Positions 58,170 through 64,000 of a stretch of 64,000 nt of DNA are shown here, piece after piece. Every line of letters begins with the position of its first letter. Positions within the stretch are counted from its first letter, which is position 1. The notes under the pieces are model-generated. The model did not search any database. It was not told the origin of the DNA and saw only the letters and a program-made list of their open reading frames with translations. The DNA is taken from assembly GCA_003344405.1 (NCBI GenBank), contig NOWV01000030.1, forward strand, positions 434,001 to 498,000, written 5' to 3'. Origin of the DNA: Trichoplax sp. H2. Taxonomy: Eukaryota. The translations under genes and the position numbers were made by a program.

Positions 58170-60366
58170 ACACGCTCTTTTACTCTTATTAATTTTAACG
58201 GTTTGATATCTTAACGCAAGCCATTCTCGATCTGCGTTGGATTTTCCCTAGATAACTTTAGTGTGGATAAAATAAAAATACTGGGTTGATAGTCAGACTT
58301 ATTATACCTCCTATATGATAATAACGGGTAAATTCTATAGAGCTGATGCTTACATTTGTGTTGCTATTGATAATAAATCTACTTTCTAAATTGAACCCAA
58401 TAAGAGCAGTATTTAAAACCATACCATTAAGTATAGAATTTTTTTTATCTACAGTAAAATAAGACAGTATATTTCTATACTCAATACACTTAAGTTATTT
58501 CATTTGTATTATTATAGATTGCTTAATTTTAAAAGATACATTATGTCCTAATTTAACTAATGAATACTGATTTAACACGTATACGGAATGTAAAACGTTG
58601 CTTTATCTATACTAAAGCAGTTTACTAGTCGCTTCATAAACTCCGATTAGATGGATGATCCAGTTATAAAAATTGTTGTATTATGTATATTATTTTGACC
58701 CCATTACCTGATCTTAAAAGTAGCATCGGCGATATTTACTGCCTACTAATTAAGTTAACTTGCTACTAGATCGGAACAATCCTATATTTGCAAACTGTGG
58801 AATTATAATAAACACTGGCAAAAGTACACTATGTCAGCATAGATATAAATGAGAATGCATTATTCACGCTGTATAAGAAGTTAAACATCTTGCTGTAGTT
58901 GCAATTATTTAAGTTTATTAATAATTATAGGCTTAAAATAGAATGAACAAAGACAAAAAAAATTGTTACATCATAAGAGGATGCTACATCATAGTCTGCG
59001 AAATAAATTTGATCTGCTAAAATAGAGATTTAGCAATTGCATCAACCAAATTTTTACTTTATGAGGAATTAAAATATATTTTAGAATTGTATCAGTGTTA
59101 AAATTATTTCTTTTATTAATTAAGTGATAGTGAAGTTAAATTTTAAAGAAATTTTTCGCAAAATTGATCCTGTAGTAACGGTTGTTTCGGATGCTAAAGT
59201 CGAAAATTGTTTGGTAGCCTAGATTTAGTGAAATGTAACAACTGACTGACACTTAGAGATTGTGAATCACTTGAGATATAGATTATTTATGGCATTAGTA
59301 AACTTACATCGAAAAATGTATATGCGATTAATTAGTAAACTCCATTGATATCAATAATGCGAAAATTAATTTCAGCTCGTTATTTTTGCAGTTTATTATT
59401 GCCTTGAAGCCATGTTCTACATAGCAAGTTTCGTTTCATACATTGAAATTGATCATTTATTGCTTATTCGAATAGTTTATGAAATTTTAGCTTAGATCTC
59501 CCTTAGAAGAGTACGACTTAGTGTACCTTAAACCAAATTAGGAAGAATTTATAAATATAAATACAAATTCATACGTGAGAGAGTGCGATTTGACGACTCC
59601 AAACGGATAGCATCTTAGCTTTCTACTTCATTGTTAAGTAATTCAATAAATTATCTTAGTTATATTTCTGATTAGGATTATTCGATCAATACTGATTGCA
59701 TTTCTTCAGAATTTTCATTGCTGTTATCGTACGGACACTCCATAACTTTCGTAAAATAGTTTGATGGAGAACAGGTCATAAAGAACTAAATGCAGGCTTT
59801 TGCAGGTACTTCCTATCTAAGTTATACTATTTCTCCTATAATTATTTTTTGAACAAAGTAATTATGCCGCTAAACTAATATTGACATTCACTAATGACTT
59901 TTCATGAAATTCGATAGCTTATAGCTTGCAATATAATTTTGCATAAGAAAGATTTCTATTGTAACAGTTATGACTGCAGAAAAAGTATATTATGATTGAA
60001 GTAAACATTTTGTAAGTGATTAATCTTTCACTGGAGAATAATTACTATATACTGCTTCTTTTATCTTAGACATTATCATATAGATTATAAATTAGATTAC
60101 AGAGGTTATAATAGCAAATGGAATCTTTATGATAATGTTAAAACTAAAACATTTGTCAAGGACGTCGTAAGATACTGCGAAAAATTTATCGCCTAGATAG
60201 TATAAAATTAAAGGCGTCGCTTAATACGGGAATTTACAGTGATTAATGCGGTCTACGCTTAGTCTATTCATAGATAGAATCGAAATATCCGTTATTCTAA
60301 GTTTGAAGAAATGAAGCCCTTACATATTACTAAGATACTTGAAGACTGTCTGATCCACAGCTATTA

Positions 60367-60620
60367 AAGATGGAGAGGCGGATATAATTGTTGTTGCCTT
60401 GACGTTGCAGTACTTATTTGCTACAATATGGTTTGTTCTACGTAATTGCTGAATCATGATATACAGTGATATAATGCCATAAATACTTATAAATTGAAGA
60501 TGGAGAGGCGGATACAATTGTTACCTTGACATTGCAGTACTTATTTACTGTGATATAGTTTTATTTACGTAATTGTTAAATCATGTCATACAATGATATC
60601 ATGAGATAAACACTTATAAT
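60367..60620. repeat. Diverged 130-bp tandem duplication between the two M13 genes
   Basis: Copies at 60367 and 60497, both starting AAGATGGAGAGGCGGATA and sharing TTGCAGTACTTATTT, TACGTAATTG and ACTTATAA. Confidence 0.9.
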
Positions 60621-61471
60621 ATTCCATCTACTCAGCCATGGCATTACTTAAAGTGGCTTATCAAGAGATAATAATAGGGAAACTGGAGGCATGGCATGGA
60701 ATATTTCAATATTAAAATATTACGCGATAATTCTTTACCATCAAGGAAAAGTTTTCTCCTCTATCTTTCCATCTGTCTCTTTTATAAATGATCTAAAAAT
60801 GCTGAAAAATCAAACTTAAGTACTCTAGATGTTAGATTAATAGGCGTTGGTATGAAGCATATGAGGTTTTATAAACAATTTCGCGTTGATTAAAGGATAA
60901 TGAAGTTGTAAGCTTAAATGCATAAGGCTGCAGCAATGTTTACACGTATTAATTAAGTTTATTAATATATATTGGCTAAATTTACTTTGCAAAAGAATAG
61001 GAAGTGAGGGTTAAATACCATAATATATTCATAAACTAAAAATTATGACGTAAATCGAACCGTGTTTTAGAAAGCGAAGTAGCAATTTATTCGATTAAAG
61101 TACAAAATTCATGGAAAAATTCTATTTGCTTTAAATGAGGTTACCCGTACCAGGCGTATTTAATCACGTGTATATTAAAAGCAAACGTATAGCCCAATCA
61201 TTTTCTTTAATTTCTTTGAAAGACTCTAATGTAAACAGTATTTATGTAAGCATAATTATTTTAAATCATTAAGACTCTATTGTATCATTTATAAATTCAG
61301 ATAAAATTTAAATTACCATATATTTCTTCTATATAGTAGTAAAATATGAATTGCCGAGATTTTTTAACACTTCTCCAGTATTAATTCTTAACGACGGCGT
61401 GGTAGCCAGGGCCGTGAAGTTTTCGCATTTAGCACTAATTGTTGCGATATTAATACGCTATTGAAAAAGAT

Positions 61472-63986
61472 ATGTCTTCCAAACGAGAATTAGGAGAAAA
61501 TTTTGAAGGAGTACAACAATCGAAAGTTCGAGTCGTCAAAGGTGTTCAAGATCGTACACTAGTTATTTTCTTGTTCGTCTTGGTATTATTGCTTGCTATT
61601 GGACTTGTTGTGGCTATAGTTGTCATCAAAGGTCATACAAGGACTATCTATGTCTACAATAACACTGCTACTACAAGCAATGTCTGCACTACTTCCAGTT
61701 GTTATGCTACGTCATCTGAAATCTTAGGCACCCTTAATACATCCGTTAATCCGTGTGAAAATTTTTACGAATATGCTTGTGGTGGCTGGCTTTCTAAAAA
61801 TGACATTCCTGACGATCGATCTACCTACAACACATTTACTACCGTTTCGGTGAAAAATGAGAAAGTCATGAGAAGAGTCTTTAATGTTAACTATAAAAAT
61901 CAATCTGGTGTAGGTGAACAGAAAGCCATCAAATATTATCATTCCTGTTTTAATGATCTTTATACCGAGAATAGAAGCCGCATTGATTTAATGAACATGA
62001 TTAAAGACCTAGGCGGATGGAGTGTTGTACCAAGCATCATGCCAGTCAATTTAAATACTTGGCAATATAATCCAGTTTTAGCTAAAATCTCAGCCAAATA
62101 TGATGTCAATCCTCTTTTCAATGTCTGGGTTGGTTCAGACTTAAGAGATTCTAAGAAAACTGTTATTACGGTCAGTGTAATATTTATGATGATTACTTTC
62201 AAAAGTTAAACATATTACCTTTAATACTGTCTTGCAATCAGATTTTTTAAATTGGTGATTTCAATAAAGATCCCTGATGGTGTCTTTGTGAATAATATTA
62301 GATTAGATATTGACTACGTAGGGGGCAATCTTGGCTGGAAAAATTAGAATTGCGTAGTTTTTAGATTCAAATTAGCTAGGCTGTTTGAAATTAACTGCTC
62401 CTCGTATATTTGTATTTTATGCTACTAAAGTGTACTTTCATTCACGTACGGTATCGCATCTTCGCAATGGTTGGATAATAGTATAGCCTATATCAAATTA
62501 CATTCGGTATTTTGTGACTCAAAGTCCTCGTCCTGCTAGTTTTGATTGCCCGTACTCTTCGTTCGTAGTTTAAGGCGTTTCTAGCATATTTATTTGCACA
62601 AGCCGTAGATTAGGCCTTGCTATTACGATGCTTTGGGATAACAAAATCAACAATAGTAAAACTGCAAAGTAGTCAGCAGCTAACATGCTTTATTTAAGGG
62701 AATAAAAATGGGCTATAGAAATTGATGTTAGCAGTGATTTATTGGTAATACTTTCGGTATTCGATCTCTTATAAATGTTAAATACTTTTGATATTTCTTA
62801 CTTATTTTCAACATTAATGATAATAAACAAATACTACCGTACAACAAGAATTGATAATAAAAGAATGGATTGATTGGAATGAGTAAAGGTTATAGTGGAA
62901 GGAGATGGGTTCTTTCTGCACTGTATTAATCCATTCTCAATTATACTGCCCCGTGCTATTTACAAATTAACGCGGAAAACGATTATTAAATCTCTGTAGA
63001 GAATTAGCTGATTTAATAGGAATATGACTCTTATTTATAATTTTGATATTTAGGTTCTGTAAATACTAGAAAATTTTGTACGGTCTAAAATTTCGTTATC
63101 ATGAATTAATGTTAAGAAGTACGACGAGAAGGATAGTTTAAAGCTCCTATAATTACTAAAATTAAAAGCATGATACAGAATACCTATTAGAATATAGATT
63201 ACTTAAAATACTATCATACTGTACTACAAAAAATTTAAATTGGAACCGATCTTGTTATCAGAATGGATAATGAGGTTATGATAGTTATGTCGTATATTAA
63301 ATACAAGCCAGTATAAACCCGACGTAGCTGCATGTACATAGATTGTTCTATTTTTCTAGATTTAACGCTTTAAGCAGAAAGCATTCGATTTGAGTGGCAT
63401 AAATTCATTCAATAATAATTACATTTAATTCTAAGAAAAAAAATAGTCTTTAAGGTAGACTAATAATTCTAAATTTTAATACGATACTAGGTATTAATTT
63501 ATTCCCTATGCAACTTGCACGATTATTCAAGTTAATTTTAAAAACCAATACTGAAGCTAAACAATTGCCATTGAGCTAGTTTCATGTTTTTCAAAATTGT
63601 TTCTGTGATATTTGTTAGCTAGCATTCGAGTGAAATAACGTTAGTATCTCTATCGAAGTTATTAATTAAATTCTACTTATTTAATAGACGACACAAGGTG
63701 GCCTTACTCTTCCAGGAGTCCGATATTATACAGTCAATGAGACACATTTTGTAAGAAGAAATAATTGCAACTACATCTGAGTAGTGATACCATACTAATG
63801 TAAATTGCACTAAGTCAGCTACTATCGAATAATGTTCAATGACAGATAAATATTTGATGTACTTAGGCCGTCGTTGCATTTATTGAGTATATGACTGATA
63901 TTGCTATGATAATGGGAGCAACAAATAGAACTGCAACCAGAGCTAAAATGGTGGATGTTTATCGCTTTGAGAAAAAAATCGCCAGA
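61472..63986 (+). CDS. Second neprilysin/ECE-like M13 peptidase, tandem paralog, 3' part beyond the window
   Basis: Exons 61472-62170, 63688-63750, 63867-63986, then donor GTAAGT. Signal-anchor TM, VNPCENFYEYACGGW, SAKYDV, IEYMTDIAM. Exons 2 and 3 (63 and 120 nt) equal those of the first paralog. Confidence 0.92.
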
Positions 63987-64000
63987 GTAAGTATAAGCTT

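Overview
AT-rich, intron-containing animal genomic DNA. Compact GT-AG introns, intronless divergent rhodopsin-like GPCRs, tandem M13 peptidases and ancestral intron positions suggest an early-branching metazoan such as a placozoan; this is inference and was not verified. From left to right: a gene-poor region with two convergent intronless GPCR paralogs; a + strand block of five conserved housekeeping genes built by hand from splice sites (LZIC, a very compact SPEN, a Y-box/YBX gene, EFHD/swiprosin, eIF5A); then two tandem neprilysin/ECE-like (M13) genes, the second cut off by the window end. The most striking non-coding signal is a dense TA-C(A/T)G-TA pentamer array upstream of each of the five housekeeping genes and of none of the GPCR or M13 genes. 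The unit equals the canonical Tc1/mariner (Sleeping Beauty-type) excision footprint, and CAGT-ended MITE-like elements lie beside three of the arrays. I propose, as a hypothesis, that the arrays are accumulated transposon footprints marking constitutively open promoters.
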